DNA of 49,640 nucleotides from IMG/VR virus record IMGVR_UViG_2718218452_000011; one strand, 5' to 3'. The DNA is from a virus. Lineage: Duplodnaviria > Heunggongvirae > Uroviricota > Caudoviricetes. The notes beneath the pieces are model-generated. The model saw only the letters and a list, made by a program, of their open reading frames with translations. It was not told the DNA's origin and searched no databases. Position numbers and translations under genes: made by a program. Positions 36,062 through 46,160 of this stretch are shown piece by piece (positions within the stretch are counted from its first letter, which is position 1; each line of letters begins with the position of its first letter).

Positions 36062-38136
36062 TGGCTGGTAACCAGATGCCAGTTCTGACGCTGGATGTTA
36101 ATGAAGAACACCTCAGGCGGCTTGAGGCGATATTTGAAAAGTATCGCAACGGACTGATGATTGGCCCTGCCGGTACGCCGCTTAAAATACCTTCAAATAC
36201 AGGTCCGGGAGGTGGCTCTTGGCAGACAACCACAGGCGGAGAAGCCAATCAGGCTCCCAGGAAACCATCTTCACCCGCGCCAGTTCTGGCTGCTTCCACT
36301 GATGGACGTTTAAGGGATGAAAAATGGCGCTTTGTTGGCAGCGGGAAAACACCTGATTCGCTGGTGAGCAACTATAAAGGTCGCGGCGAAACGATGTTTG
36401 ATAAGTACCTCAGCGGGCTGGGGAAAAAAGCCAAACAGACGCTGAAAACTTACAAGCAGATCAATTCTACGCTACGGACGACCACTTCGAGATTAAACAA
36501 CCTGTTTAAAACCACCGTATCGTGGGGGACAAAACTTGCGGTTATGGGCGTTGCCGGGCCGTTTGGCTTTGGCATGATGGCTCGTAATGTTGTAGAGAAA
36601 CAGAAAAATGCTGATGAATTGCAGGCAACGCCAGGAGAGCTAAAGGCGGCAGAAAGCACTTATTCGCCTTATTTTTCCGGTGTTGGTAATTTGCTCAATA
36701 CACTGGCAGCCGCGCAAAATGACACTCAGCATCCTGCCTACAACGGGCTAATTGGATTAGGGATAAATCCTAAAAAAGGGGCAGCAGAAAATCTTCCTGT
36801 ATTGTTAGAAAGAGTTGCTGCTCTTGCAAAGGAGTATGAGGGAACCGGACTTACTCAGAGCATGCTCAGAGGTCGTGGCCTTGGATGGGTAAATTTTGGT
36901 ATTGCTAACCAGTTAGTCAAATATCAGGACAAAATACCTGAACTCAACAAAGAGTTTTTATCGCGAGCTTCTCAGAATGACTCGTTGCTCACCTCTGGAC
37001 ATACAAGCCAGTATCAGAATCTTACCAGCAACTTAGAAAATAACTGGGATCAACTTACCAGCGGATTTCAGGGGGCAATGTCGGGTAACTCTGTACAGCT
37101 AATTAGAATATCTAATGGTGTAAAGAATGCTGGTCTAAATTTCCTTAACGGTGAGAACTTTAAAAGAATTTTGACTGATGTTGAAACAGGTCTGGATAAA
37201 CTTGGTAAGTATGTAAATGGCCCGCATTTTAATAACGACCTGAATAATTTTGCCGAAAATGTTGCAAAGGTTGTTAAGGCACTTAGCGGGTTTGTTGGTT
37301 TTGCGGTTGAACATCCCTGGCTTTTTGGGGCCGCAGTACTTGCTGGACCATCGAGAGTTGGTGCTGTGGCAGCCACAACGACCGGAGTTGCCGCCCGTGT
37401 TGTTGGTGGAAGTCTTCTTGGGGCTACAGCCGGAACAGTAGCTGGATTGGCTATTCCTACAAATGACACACCTACCACCAGTGAGGAAATGAAAGGGCTG
37501 GAGGGGCGTTTCAACTTTGATTATTTTAACGAAGTGCAGGAGTGGCAAAAAAACAATCCGGGTAAGGTCTGGCCTGGAGGATTGCAGGGATTTTCAAATC
37601 AAGTAAACAGATCTGCATATTTATCCAGAGGGATCAGGAATAACAATCCCGGAAATCTTAATTTCGCAGGACAAAAAGGGGCTACCCTGGAATCGGGGCC
37701 AAATGCCCGTTTTGCCAGCTTCCCGACGATGCTGGAAGGCATTGCTGCCTTAGATCGGCAAGTAATGCTATACCTGAAACGCGGCAAAAATACGATTGAT
37801 CAGATTATTGATATTTATGCCCCTTCATCTGATGGAAATAACACATCGTCCTATAAAAGCTATCTCTCTCAGTACACTGGATTAGGTGTTAAGGAGAAAA
37901 TCGATGGTTCTAATTTTGAGATAATGAGAAAGCTAATTCAGGGCATTATTAACCATGAAAATGGGGACGCCGCTCGTGCAGTAAGTGGCGATGATGTGAT
38001 GCGGGCGCTGGCAATGAACCGGGGGAAGGTATATTCACCAAATAATACTTCTCAGGTAATCAGGCTCGACGTTCAACAAAAACCAGGTTCCGACATACTG
38101 GCACAACTCGCCGGAATGCAACAAATACCGGGGTAA
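36058..38136 (+). CDS. Putative tail tape measure protein (692 aa)
   Basis: Largest tail gene, downstream of the chaperone pair; central Gly/Ala-rich hydrophobic segments. Confidence 0.5.
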   Translation: MMAGNQMPVLTLDVNEEHLRRLEAIFEKYRNGLMIGPAGTPLKIPSNTGPGGGSWQTTTGGEANQAPRKPSSPAPVLAASTDGRLRDEKWRFVGSGKTPDSLVSNYKGRGETMFDKYLSGLGKKAKQTLKTYKQINSTLRTTTSRLNNLFKTTVSWGTKLAVMGVAGPFGFGMMARNVVEKQKNADELQATPGELKAAESTYSPYFSGVGNLLNTLAAAQNDTQHPAYNGLIGLGINPKKGAAENLPVLLERVAALAKEYEGTGLTQSMLRGRGLGWVNFGIANQLVKYQDKIPELNKEFLSRASQNDSLLTSGHTSQYQNLTSNLENNWDQLTSGFQGAMSGNSVQLIRISNGVKNAGLNFLNGENFKRILTDVETGLDKLGKYVNGPHFNNDLNNFAENVAKVVKALSGFVGFAVEHPWLFGAAVLAGPSRVGAVAATTTGVAARVVGGSLLGATAGTVAGLAIPTNDTPTTSEEMKGLEGRFNFDYFNEVQEWQKNNPGKVWPGGLQGFSNQVNRSAYLSRGIRNNNPGNLNFAGQKGATLESGPNARFASFPTMLEGIAALDRQVMLYLKRGKNTIDQIIDIYAPSSDGNNTSSYKSYLSQYTGLGVKEKIDGSNFEIMRKLIQGIINHENGDAARAVSGDDVMRALAMNRGKVYSPNNTSQVIRLDVQQKPGSDILAQLAGMQQIPG

Positions 38137-38139
38137 ACC

Positions 38140-38808
38140 ATGTCACTTAATTACTTTGGACAAGCTTTCAAACTGGCGTTTGAAGTATCGCCCATTCTTT
38201 TAGTTGATGGCATAGCGTCGAAAATTCCCGGCGGGGTGATGCCGATTGCTGTTTTGACCGAAGGCCTAAGCATTGTGAACGGTCTGCTGCATGGCGAGAT
38301 TCGTACACGCTCGATGGCGGCATTTACCCCGATGGCGGGGACAACGTTGGTTCAGCAGGATATTTGCAACCTGAATTTCTATAACCAGGTAACGGCAGCG
38401 AATGCGACCGTCAAGAAGCCTAACCGGGTAGTCATGCAGATGATCCGTCCGGCATCAACGGAGGACGGTGGCTACATCACTAAGGGGATGACATTCACGG
38501 CGCTGAAAATGGCGCTCGATATGCATAACCAGTATGGCGGTTGTTACACCGTAATGACGCCATCTTTCATCTACACGCGCTGTCTGATGCGGTCGTTTAT
38601 CGATACATCCGGTTTCTCTGAGCAGAACAAGCAGGTTCAGCACACCTGGCAGATTGAGTTTGAGCAACCATTGTCGTCTGTCGAACAAACGGTAAAAACG
38701 CTGGCGAGCGTTCTGGATAAATTTGATAAAGGGATGCCGTCAGACGGGGCGCTATCGTGGTCAGGTATTAAGAACCAGGTCGTGCAGGAGTTTGGTTTTG
38801 GCTTATGA
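38140..38808 (+). CDS. Putative tail protein (Mu gp43/N-like position)
   Basis: Position only. Confidence 0.35.
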   Translation: MSLNYFGQAFKLAFEVSPILLVDGIASKIPGGVMPIAVLTEGLSIVNGLLHGEIRTRSMAAFTPMAGTTLVQQDICNLNFYNQVTAANATVKKPNRVVMQMIRPASTEDGGYITKGMTFTALKMALDMHNQYGGCYTVMTPSFIYTRCLMRSFIDTSGFSEQNKQVQHTWQIEFEQPLSSVEQTVKTLASVLDKFDKGMPSDGALSWSGIKNQVVQEFGFGL

Positions 38809-39071
38809 CAACGTTAATTCCTTTCAAACCTGACGGGCGAGGACCATTTCAGTTCACTGCCAGAATCGGAGAATATGAAACATTCGCCCGCGTTCCGTTT
38901 AATCTGTATGCAAATCGTTACTACCTGGAACTGAAAGACAGTTCAGGCGACGTGATTGTATACATGCCTTTGATCGCGTCACCTGACAGTTACGACATCA
39001 ATCTGGCGCTGCCTTGCTCTCCGGGGAAACTTGTTTTTCGCGAAAGTACGAATCAGTTTGAGGTTTCGTAA
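38805..39071 (+). CDS. Small putative tail protein (88 aa)
   Basis: Position; ATGA-type coupling. Confidence 0.3.
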   Translation: MTTLIPFKPDGRGPFQFTARIGEYETFARVPFNLYANRYYLELKDSSGDVIVYMPLIASPDSYDINLALPCSPGKLVFRESTNQFEVS

Positions 39072-40078
39072 TGCGTTATTACCGACTGGAAATTATTAAT
39101 CCTAAAACAGGCAAGCCGCCAGTGGATAGCAATGGAAAACCCATTGGACCTTTTGATACCAATGAAACACCAGGATGTGGGTTGCATGTTGAATTTGACT
39201 TTGAAGTAACCGGCCTGGATGTAGTCTGTTCGGGTACGATGCTGACGATCTATGGATTACCAATTGACATGCTGAAGCAAAGCGTAAGTTTGCAGGGTTG
39301 TCTGGTACGTATGAAAGCAGGCTTTGTTCAGGGGTTACCACTGGCAAATAAGGATCAACAGGGGGAGGTAATCTATGGTGAAATTTATCTGGCCTATGCC
39401 AACTGGATCGGCACGAACCAGACTTTAAACCTGGTAATAAATCCAAGCATACGCAAAACCGATGACGGTAACCCTTTTTCAATTGAGGGGCAGGGGGAAG
39501 CAGGGGAAAGGGTGGGTGATGTTTTAGTCCGCGCTTTGCAAAAAGCATATCCCAATAAACTTATTGATTGCACAGTCAGCGACAACCTGGTTTTGCCAGA
39601 GCCGTGGACGGGCAAATATACGGAGATTGGTTCGCTGGCTATGGTCGTAAAAAACGCCTCTATTGCGATGATGCGTAATGAAAGGTATAGCGGAATCGCC
39701 ATCAGTATTCTTTCCGACAGAATACGAATCTACGATAACGCATCGGCAAAGTGGGGTGAGCCAAAAACAATTCATGCCCATGAACTGGTCGGGCAGCCGA
39801 CATGGATAGCGCCGTTTACCGTCAGTTTCAAATGCCCTATGAGAGGCGATATCAGATGTGGTGATGTGGTTAAACTGCCGGAGGGGCTATATTCTGGCGC
39901 TGCGTCGATTGTGATGGCTAATACAACGGTACCCAGCGTTATCGCAAAAAATTCGACCACGTTCACCGGGAAATTTCTTGTGAAATCAGTCAGACACATT
40001 GGTTCGTATCTGACAGCCGATGGCGATGCCTGGGTGACGGTATTTGAGGCATATGCTGAGAACTGGGCGAGGGTGTAA
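39071..40078 (+). CDS. Putative baseplate hub / tail protein D-like (335 aa)
   Basis: Position between tape measure and spike-like gene. Confidence 0.4.
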   Translation: MRYYRLEIINPKTGKPPVDSNGKPIGPFDTNETPGCGLHVEFDFEVTGLDVVCSGTMLTIYGLPIDMLKQSVSLQGCLVRMKAGFVQGLPLANKDQQGEVIYGEIYLAYANWIGTNQTLNLVINPSIRKTDDGNPFSIEGQGEAGERVGDVLVRALQKAYPNKLIDCTVSDNLVLPEPWTGKYTEIGSLAMVVKNASIAMMRNERYSGIAISILSDRIRIYDNASAKWGEPKTIHAHELVGQPTWIAPFTVSFKCPMRGDIRCGDVVKLPEGLYSGAASIVMANTTVPSVIAKNSTTFTGKFLVKSVRHIGSYLTADGDAWVTVFEAYAENWARV

Positions 40079-40791
40079 TGTCAAACGCTCAAAAATTACC
40101 GTTTCTCCGAACACTGTCGGAGATGATGACCAGTTCTGGTAACCAGCAAGCCGAGCTTAAAGGCCGCGAATTGCCCTGCCATGTTGTCGATATCTGCGGG
40201 CAAATAGTGACAGTTCAGTTTGATATGCTGCCGGAGGGGATCAACTTCCCGCAGATAACAATCCCTGTCGCCACATTCCCGTATATCCGTTACCCGATAC
40301 AGCCGGGCGATCGAGGAGTAACAATTGCCGCTGATGTATCACTGCGCGGTGTGTCCGGATTGGGAACCGGTATGGCAACGCTTTCTTACTCGATGTCGCT
40401 CACTCCCCTGTTTTTCGTGCCATTGGCAAACAAGGAGTGGTCCGACGAAGATCCGCAAAAAATCGTTTTGTACGGTCCGGATGGCGCGATCCTCAAAACA
40501 GAGGACGGCAGTAGCTCGGTAATGGTGGCTCTGGAAGAAATCAGGCAAAAGTCGAAAGCTGTTTACCTCGAGGCCGAAGATATTTTCCTGAACGGGAAAA
40601 TTCACCTCAATGGACCGATCGTCCAGGACAAAGCCCAGATGAAGGATACAACCGCTTCGCTGATTGGTCCTCTTAATGTCGAGATGGATGCAGTTATCAA
40701 CGGCGTGAGCGTCAGCGGCCACAGCCACGATGTGACTGGTGTTCAAAGCGGCAGCAGCACGATTACGTCGAAGAAACCAAATCCTGGTTAA
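40078..40791 (+). CDS. Baseplate assembly protein V-like (spike), 237 aa
   Basis: C-terminal ..GVSVSGHSHDVTGV.. resembles the conserved HxH spike motif of gpV/Mu gp45-type proteins as recalled. Confidence 0.55.
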   Translation: MSNAQKLPFLRTLSEMMTSSGNQQAELKGRELPCHVVDICGQIVTVQFDMLPEGINFPQITIPVATFPYIRYPIQPGDRGVTIAADVSLRGVSGLGTGMATLSYSMSLTPLFFVPLANKEWSDEDPQKIVLYGPDGAILKTEDGSSSVMVALEEIRQKSKAVYLEAEDIFLNGKIHLNGPIVQDKAQMKDTTASLIGPLNVEMDAVINGVSVSGHSHDVTGVQSGSSTITSKKPNPG

Positions 40792-40829
40792 TACCGGTTC
40801 ATTTCACTTTAAATTCTGACCATAAAACG

Positions 40830-40865
40830 AAAACCCCGACTGTTGGCCCAGTCGGGGTTTTCTGT
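40830..40865 (+). terminator. Rho-independent terminator-like hairpin
   Basis: AAAACCCCGACTG-TTGGCC-CAGTCGGGGTTTTCTGTTTCT. Coordinates +/-1 nt. Confidence 0.5.
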
Positions 40866-40945
40866 TTCTCACCTTGAATACGCAAGGGATGATTACGTAT
40901 GTTTGGAGGTCTTCCGTGATTAATTTTAGCGGAGGAGACTGGATT

Positions 40946-41077
40946 GTGAAAGCCTTAAAATTAGTGGCAAAAAGCAATACCTTACGACGCATGTATTACA
41001 CCGCTGCACTCGTAGCTTTAGCATTTGCCTTTTCACCAGTACTGACAGAGTTAGTTAAAGTGATGGGGGCACGATGA
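40946..41077 (+). CDS. Small membrane protein (43 aa from GTG)
   Basis: GGAGGAG RBS 7 nt upstream of in-frame GTG (codon 25 of track ORF 40874..41077); hydrophobic; ATGA overlap with next gene. Confidence 0.3.
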   Translation: MKALKLVAKSNTLRRMYYTAALVALAFAFSPVLTELVKVMGAR

Positions 41078-41421
41078 GAACATGGGGCCGCGTCACCGAC
41101 GCGAACGGCAACAAAAAATGGGTTGCAGTAGAATCTGACGCCAACGGTGATTTCTCCTACGGCTGGCTGACGACGCTCATTCAGACGTTAAAGCTGGGAT
41201 TGGGGGAGTCGCCGTTTTACGCGAATTACGGTATTCCTGCACAGCAGTGCATCGTGCAGCAGATTTACCCAGACTACTATGTGAACATGGTTCAGCAACA
41301 GTTTGCTGGGTATTTTGCATCACTGGCAATTTCAAAGGTAGATGGAGCAGATAACCCCACCTATAACATCGATGTTGTGTTTTTTAATGGGACCAGTTAC
41401 CGGACGCAGGTGCCGGTATGA
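41074..41421 (+). CDS. Baseplate wedge protein W-like (gp25-like), 115 aa
   Basis: ..LIQTLKLGLGESPFYANYGIP.. resembles the gp25/GPW motif (G.R...P.FG) as recalled; size matches P2 gpW. Confidence 0.5.
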   Translation: MRTWGRVTDANGNKKWVAVESDANGDFSYGWLTTLIQTLKLGLGESPFYANYGIPAQQCIVQQIYPDYYVNMVQQQFAGYFASLAISKVDGADNPTYNIDVVFFNGTSYRTQVPV

Positions 41422-41570
41422 ATCACAGTTTTATGATAAAACTTTTACCTTGGTTTGGAGTGCTGTAGAGAGATATTTTAGGGGGGCGAGTAATTTTCTA
41501 AGCTGGAGCATATTGACATATATTATTTCGGATTTGCAAAATACATATTGTTACCATGGAGGAGACAAGC

Positions 41571-42731
41571 ATGGAAAATTTTGCAAATAAGTTAAAAATA
41601 CACACAGAGCATGTTGCAAAAATGGGGGTGTTTTGTACAACTGAAGAAACGACAAAACAAGCACTCATTATGCCATTACTAGATATTCTTGGTTTTACTC
41701 CGTATGATCCAAGAAAAGTCAAAGCTGAGTATAGTGCTGACTTCCCCGGGGTTAAGGCTAATGAACGGGTTGATTACGCTTTATTTTGTCATGATGTTCC
41801 TGTGATGTTCATTGAGGCGAAATCGTTTTCAGAACAAATTGATAATCACTGCCCACAGCTATCAAGATATTTTAATTCAACACCGGAAGTTACTATATCA
41901 GCCATTACAAATGGTGTTGAATGGCGTTTTTTTACGGATTTGAAACAAAAAAACATAATGGATTCAACGCCGTTTTTAAAAATAAGAATGGATTCTCTAA
42001 CTCACTCCGATATTACACAATTATTTCGTTTTCGTTATGATAAATTCAAACCAGAGGCTTTACGGACACTGGCTGAAGAAAGTGTTTATTTGAATTCATT
42101 TACTAAAACAATCAGTTCTAGTCTTCGTGAAGTTGATCTGGAGTTTGTTCGATATGTTGCTAGTCGTTCAAATATTGAGAGACAACTTAATCAGAGATTT
42201 CTTGAGTTCGTGACTCCATTAGTTAAACAGGCCGTTGAGCGCGCTGTTAGCGCAATGGTGGTTTCCGGGCTATCTACACAACCGGTAGAGCAAACTAAAG
42301 AAAATGATGCAACGGATACACAAGTTAATAACGCCATTGTTGATGAAGAAAACCCCAACATAATAACCACAGCCAAAGAATTGGAGCTATTTGAAAGGGT
42401 AAAACAAATCATACAAACAGAAGATAATATAGAATATAAAGATACTGAGTCATATTTTGGTGTGCTATTGAATGGTAAAACTAATAGATGGCTGTTAAGA
42501 TTTTATGATAAAAAATCTTCATTTATAACTTTACCTATTTCGCTTAGTGAAGTTCAGTTGAATGAAATAAGACGAGCTCGACTTGATACGGATGGTAAAA
42601 GGATACATATAACTAATCCGGAAGATATACTTCGCATATCTGGTTTGATTCTGGATTCATACGAGTATGTTAAAAATGATGATAATTTCCGCCGAGGGTC
42701 CAGAGTGAGCAGTTTAGAAGAGGTTGAATAA
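41571..42731 (+). CDS. HsdR-N/Mrr-like PD-(D/E)XK nuclease-domain protein with uncharacterised 240-aa C-terminal domain; candidate defence gene
   Basis: GGAGGAG RBS 6 nt before ATG 41571; motifs ..ERVDYALF..(16)..VMFIEAKS..Q..Y...TNGVEWRFF fit the type I R-subunit N-terminal nuclease fold; AT-rich, own promoter-like sequence and terminator; inserted between baseplate W-like and J-like genes. Confidence 0.6.
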   Translation: MENFANKLKIHTEHVAKMGVFCTTEETTKQALIMPLLDILGFTPYDPRKVKAEYSADFPGVKANERVDYALFCHDVPVMFIEAKSFSEQIDNHCPQLSRYFNSTPEVTISAITNGVEWRFFTDLKQKNIMDSTPFLKIRMDSLTHSDITQLFRFRYDKFKPEALRTLAEESVYLNSFTKTISSSLREVDLEFVRYVASRSNIERQLNQRFLEFVTPLVKQAVERAVSAMVVSGLSTQPVEQTKENDATDTQVNNAIVDEENPNIITTAKELELFERVKQIIQTEDNIEYKDTESYFGVLLNGKTNRWLLRFYDKKSSFITLPISLSEVQLNEIRRARLDTDGKRIHITNPEDILRISGLILDSYEYVKNDDNFRRGSRVSSLEEVE

Positions 42732-42733
42732 GT

Positions 42734-42759
42734 AAAAAACCCGCGAAAGCGGGTTTTTT
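42734..42759 (+). terminator. Rho-independent terminator
   Basis: AAAAAACCCGC-GAAA-GCGGGTTTTTT three nt after the nuclease stop. Confidence 0.65.
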
Positions 42760-42771
42760 AATGGAGTAAAT

Positions 42772-43998
42772 ATGTCAGAAATACCAATTACTATGACCAG
42801 TGCGGGGGCGCAGCCTACGCCACCCAATGATTTGCTTGCAGATCTTATCATCAGAGTTGCTGAAAAAGTACCTGGATATACAGCCAACCTTCCGGCGGGG
42901 CTTATTACTGACCTTGCCAGCACGGCAGTCGGGGCGCTGGCATTAATAGACCAGGCGCGGGTGGACCTTATTAACTCCGTAAGCCCATACGGCGCAAATA
43001 TTCCGTTATTGATGCAACTCGGAAACATTTATGGAGCACAGAAGGGATTAAGTACAAATACGGCGGTATACGTGGTGTTTGAGGCGTTGCCGGGGTTTGG
43101 TATCCCTAAAGGATTTGTTGTCGGTGACGGCAACTACCAGTATGCAGTTTCCCGCGATACGGTGGTGCCGGAAAGCGGGCAGACTGAGCCAGTCTACTGT
43201 GTGGCCACAACGTCAGGCTCATGGGCTGTACCGGAAGGAACCGTAACGCAGGTCATTACATCGGTACCCAAAGATCAGCCTGTAAAATGCACGAACCTTA
43301 CCGCAGGGATGCCAGGTCAGGAGGCGCAAACGTGGGCATCTTACCGCGCCGAAGTCATGGAGTCCGGCATGTTTGGTGTGCAGGGAACACCGGATTGCTT
43401 TAAAGCGATGCTCAAATCAGTAAGCGGTGTGCGAGAAAACCTGATTTCTTTCCGGCAGTCGTCGCTGGGGAAATGGGTTGCGGTTGTTGGTGGCGGTGAT
43501 CCGTATGATGTGGCTTATGCTATTTACAAATCTGTACCGGATATTTCGAAACTGACCAACGATGTTAGCAATCCATCTGGTGCGGCAGTGGAAAAACGCA
43601 CGGTTTCAATAACCGTTTCGCCAGATGTTTATCAGGTGCCGTTCGTTATCCCGTCATCACAAAACGTCATGGTGCTAATCACCTGGAACACTGTATCTGA
43701 TGATTATGTTGATCCGGCGGGTATTGCTATGGCTGTGCAGCAAAACGTTGCTGATTACATCAATTCTATTGAAGTCGGACACCCGATAAATCTGCTGCGA
43801 ATCCAGGATATTTTTACCAGTTCCGTCAGATTGTTGGTTGATGCGACGTTGATCTCAACAATCAGTGTGAGCATTGGCATTAATGGCCATATTGTTCCTC
43901 CGGCAAAAGACACAAGCCTGGTTTATGGCGATACCTATTCCTATTTTTCGACGGTGGCATCACAGGTTCAAGTTAACAAGTATGCAATATCTGACTGA
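42772..43998 (+). CDS. Baseplate J-like protein (408 aa)
   Basis: Size and position after the W-like gene, followed by I-like and fibre genes (P2/Mu order). Confidence 0.55.
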   Translation: MSEIPITMTSAGAQPTPPNDLLADLIIRVAEKVPGYTANLPAGLITDLASTAVGALALIDQARVDLINSVSPYGANIPLLMQLGNIYGAQKGLSTNTAVYVVFEALPGFGIPKGFVVGDGNYQYAVSRDTVVPESGQTEPVYCVATTSGSWAVPEGTVTQVITSVPKDQPVKCTNLTAGMPGQEAQTWASYRAEVMESGMFGVQGTPDCFKAMLKSVSGVRENLISFRQSSLGKWVAVVGGGDPYDVAYAIYKSVPDISKLTNDVSNPSGAAVEKRTVSITVSPDVYQVPFVIPSSQNVMVLITWNTVSDDYVDPAGIAMAVQQNVADYINSIEVGHPINLLRIQDIFTSSVRLLVDATLISTISVSIGINGHIVPPAKDTSLVYGDTYSYFSTVASQVQVNKYAISD

Positions 43999-44608
43999 AA
44001 AAATTCTCCCTGCTTATCCGTTTGTGCAGTACAGAGATGATCCGAATGTTGTTGCGTTCTTTGATGCATACAATGAAATTGCTCAGGAATACCTCGATTC
44101 ACTCAACAATCTGGCATTGCCATGCTGGACATCGGAATCAATAACCGGGCAATTGCTGGACTGGATTGCTCTCGGGATTTATGGCGTTGAAAGGCCTTTA
44201 CTACAGGTTTCCGAGGAGGCTATTGCACGCGGCGCATACGATACCATTGAATACAATACAATCCCTTATGCGGCAATGCGGAATTATGTTCCGGGGCAGG
44301 CATCGTATGTTCCGGATGATTATTTCAAGCGAATATTAACTTGGAATTTTTATAAGGCTGACGGTTCGCATTTCTGCATTGACTGGTTAAAGCGCCGTGT
44401 GGCACGGTTCATTCATGGGAAAAACGGAATAGACCCGCCGTTGCAGCACACTTTTGATGTGAGCGTGACTGTATCGGACAGTGTTTTTTCTATTCAGATA
44501 CCAGAATATGGTGATGGTATAGGCTATTTTCTGAAAGATGCCATTGACCAGAAATATGTAAAACTCCCTTTTATTTATTCCTATGCAACAACGGTGATTC
44601 AAAAATGA
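43982..44608 (+). CDS. Tail protein I-like (DUF2313-type), 208 aa
   Basis: Internal ATG of track ORF 43874..44608 overlapping the J-like stop by 17 nt; position before the tail fibre. Confidence 0.45.
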   Translation: MQYLTEKILPAYPFVQYRDDPNVVAFFDAYNEIAQEYLDSLNNLALPCWTSESITGQLLDWIALGIYGVERPLLQVSEEAIARGAYDTIEYNTIPYAAMRNYVPGQASYVPDDYFKRILTWNFYKADGSHFCIDWLKRRVARFIHGKNGIDPPLQHTFDVSVTVSDSVFSIQIPEYGDGIGYFLKDAIDQKYVKLPFIYSYATTVIQK

Positions 44609-46158
44609 TTCTTGGATTCGGAAATAACGTTGTTTCAGCACTGGCTGGTGATATTACGACGATTCAGACTGATATTCCGGTGATGCCGGGCACGGGAGCT
44701 AAATTTGCAAAATTGCTTTCTGCCGATTTTGAAAATAAATCGAACGGGCAACGCGTCTATGCAAAAATTACGCTTACCGATAATAAAGAGTCTGCATTTG
44801 AGATTTGTCACCTGGTATCGGTAAGCGGTGATGTGCTGAAAGTTATTCGTGGGCAGGAAGGAACAACCGCGAAAGGTTGGTCCCTTAATGACGTTGTGGC
44901 TAACTTTGCCACGCGTGGGTCGGAAAACCATTTCGTACAGATTGCGCAGCTTCAGAGCGGTCATTATATTGCGGGTGTTGCTGGTGGCACTGCAAACACA
45001 CTGACGCTGGAACTTCCCTCGACGTTTTTTGTTAATGAGGGTACAGATTGGACGCTACGAACCCCGATTATCGTTTTCCCCGTTCAGAACAATACCAACG
45101 CGGCGACACTTCAACTAACACTAGGCGGAAAGGTTCTTGGTACGTTCCCACTTTATAAGGGGAACAAGTCCGAGCTGGTGGCGAATGATATCATTAAGGG
45201 TATTCCTTTGATTTGCCTTCTTGATAGCGAGAAAAGCTATTTCAGCGTGATAAACCCCGGCAATATCTATTCAGATTTTGATCTGCGATATGTAAAAAAA
45301 TCTGGTGATTTGATGACCGGGGAGCTGAAAATCCGTGGTTTTAATGCGCTGAGGATTTTCAACGAAGCCTTTGGTCTGATTTTTCGTCGTTCGGAAGAGT
45401 GCCTGCATCTCATTCCTACCAGGGAAAATCAGGGCGAAAACGGCGATATTGGTCCACTTCGCCCGTTCACTATTAATCTGCGGACGGGCGAAATATCCAT
45501 GTCGCATAAAGTGTCTGTTGGCGGTGGTTCGCAGGTCAATGGTGCGCTGGGTATCGGCGTTCAGAACGCGCTGGGCGGAAACTCAATTGCTTTCGGGGAT
45601 AACGATACGGGTATAAAACAAAACGGCGACGGCATTCTGGATGTTTATGCGAATGGACAGCATGTATTTCGTTTCCAGAATGGTGTGGCGATAGCGTTAA
45701 AAAATATTCAGGCCGGAAATGCTAAAAAATTCACGTTATCCAGCGCCAACAACTCCACGAAAAACGCAACGTTTAATTTATGGGGTAATTCATCCCGACC
45801 TGTAGTTGCAGAGCTTGGTGATGATTCCGGCTGGCATTTTTACAGCCAGAGAAATACGGATAACAGTATAACGTTCGCTGTAAACGGGAAGATGGTTCCA
45901 TCAAACTACGGAAACTTTGATGCCCGTTACCAGCAGCGAAATGGCGGCGTGCAGGATGTGCGTTATGGCTCCGAAATGTTTTATAACCCGGGAGGTAACG
46001 AAAAATCCTGGACATTTCGCTCACCTTCAGGCCACGGATTATCCGGTATTAATGTGCAGGATACCGGAAAAAATTCAGCAGATAACATCGGCGGCGTGTA
46101 TTACCGACCGCTTCAGAAACTGATTAACGGCACCTGGTATAACGTGGCGAGTGTTTAA
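44605..46158 (+). CDS. Tail fibre protein (P2 gpH-like position, 517 aa)
   Basis: Gly/Asn/Ser-rich C-terminal region typical of fibre receptor-binding tips; followed by a chaperone gene. Confidence 0.55.
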   Translation: MILGFGNNVVSALAGDITTIQTDIPVMPGTGAKFAKLLSADFENKSNGQRVYAKITLTDNKESAFEICHLVSVSGDVLKVIRGQEGTTAKGWSLNDVVANFATRGSENHFVQIAQLQSGHYIAGVAGGTANTLTLELPSTFFVNEGTDWTLRTPIIVFPVQNNTNAATLQLTLGGKVLGTFPLYKGNKSELVANDIIKGIPLICLLDSEKSYFSVINPGNIYSDFDLRYVKKSGDLMTGELKIRGFNALRIFNEAFGLIFRRSEECLHLIPTRENQGENGDIGPLRPFTINLRTGEISMSHKVSVGGGSQVNGALGIGVQNALGGNSIAFGDNDTGIKQNGDGILDVYANGQHVFRFQNGVAIALKNIQAGNAKKFTLSSANNSTKNATFNLWGNSSRPVVAELGDDSGWHFYSQRNTDNSITFAVNGKMVPSNYGNFDARYQQRNGGVQDVRYGSEMFYNPGGNEKSWTFRSPSGHGLSGINVQDTGKNSADNIGGVYYRPLQKLINGTWYNVASV

Positions 46159-46160
46159 CA

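Noticed and set aside
37068-37548. Minus-strand ORFs of 148 and 137 aa within the tape-measure gene
   Set aside because: Antisense to the long tape-measure ORF; no independent support.
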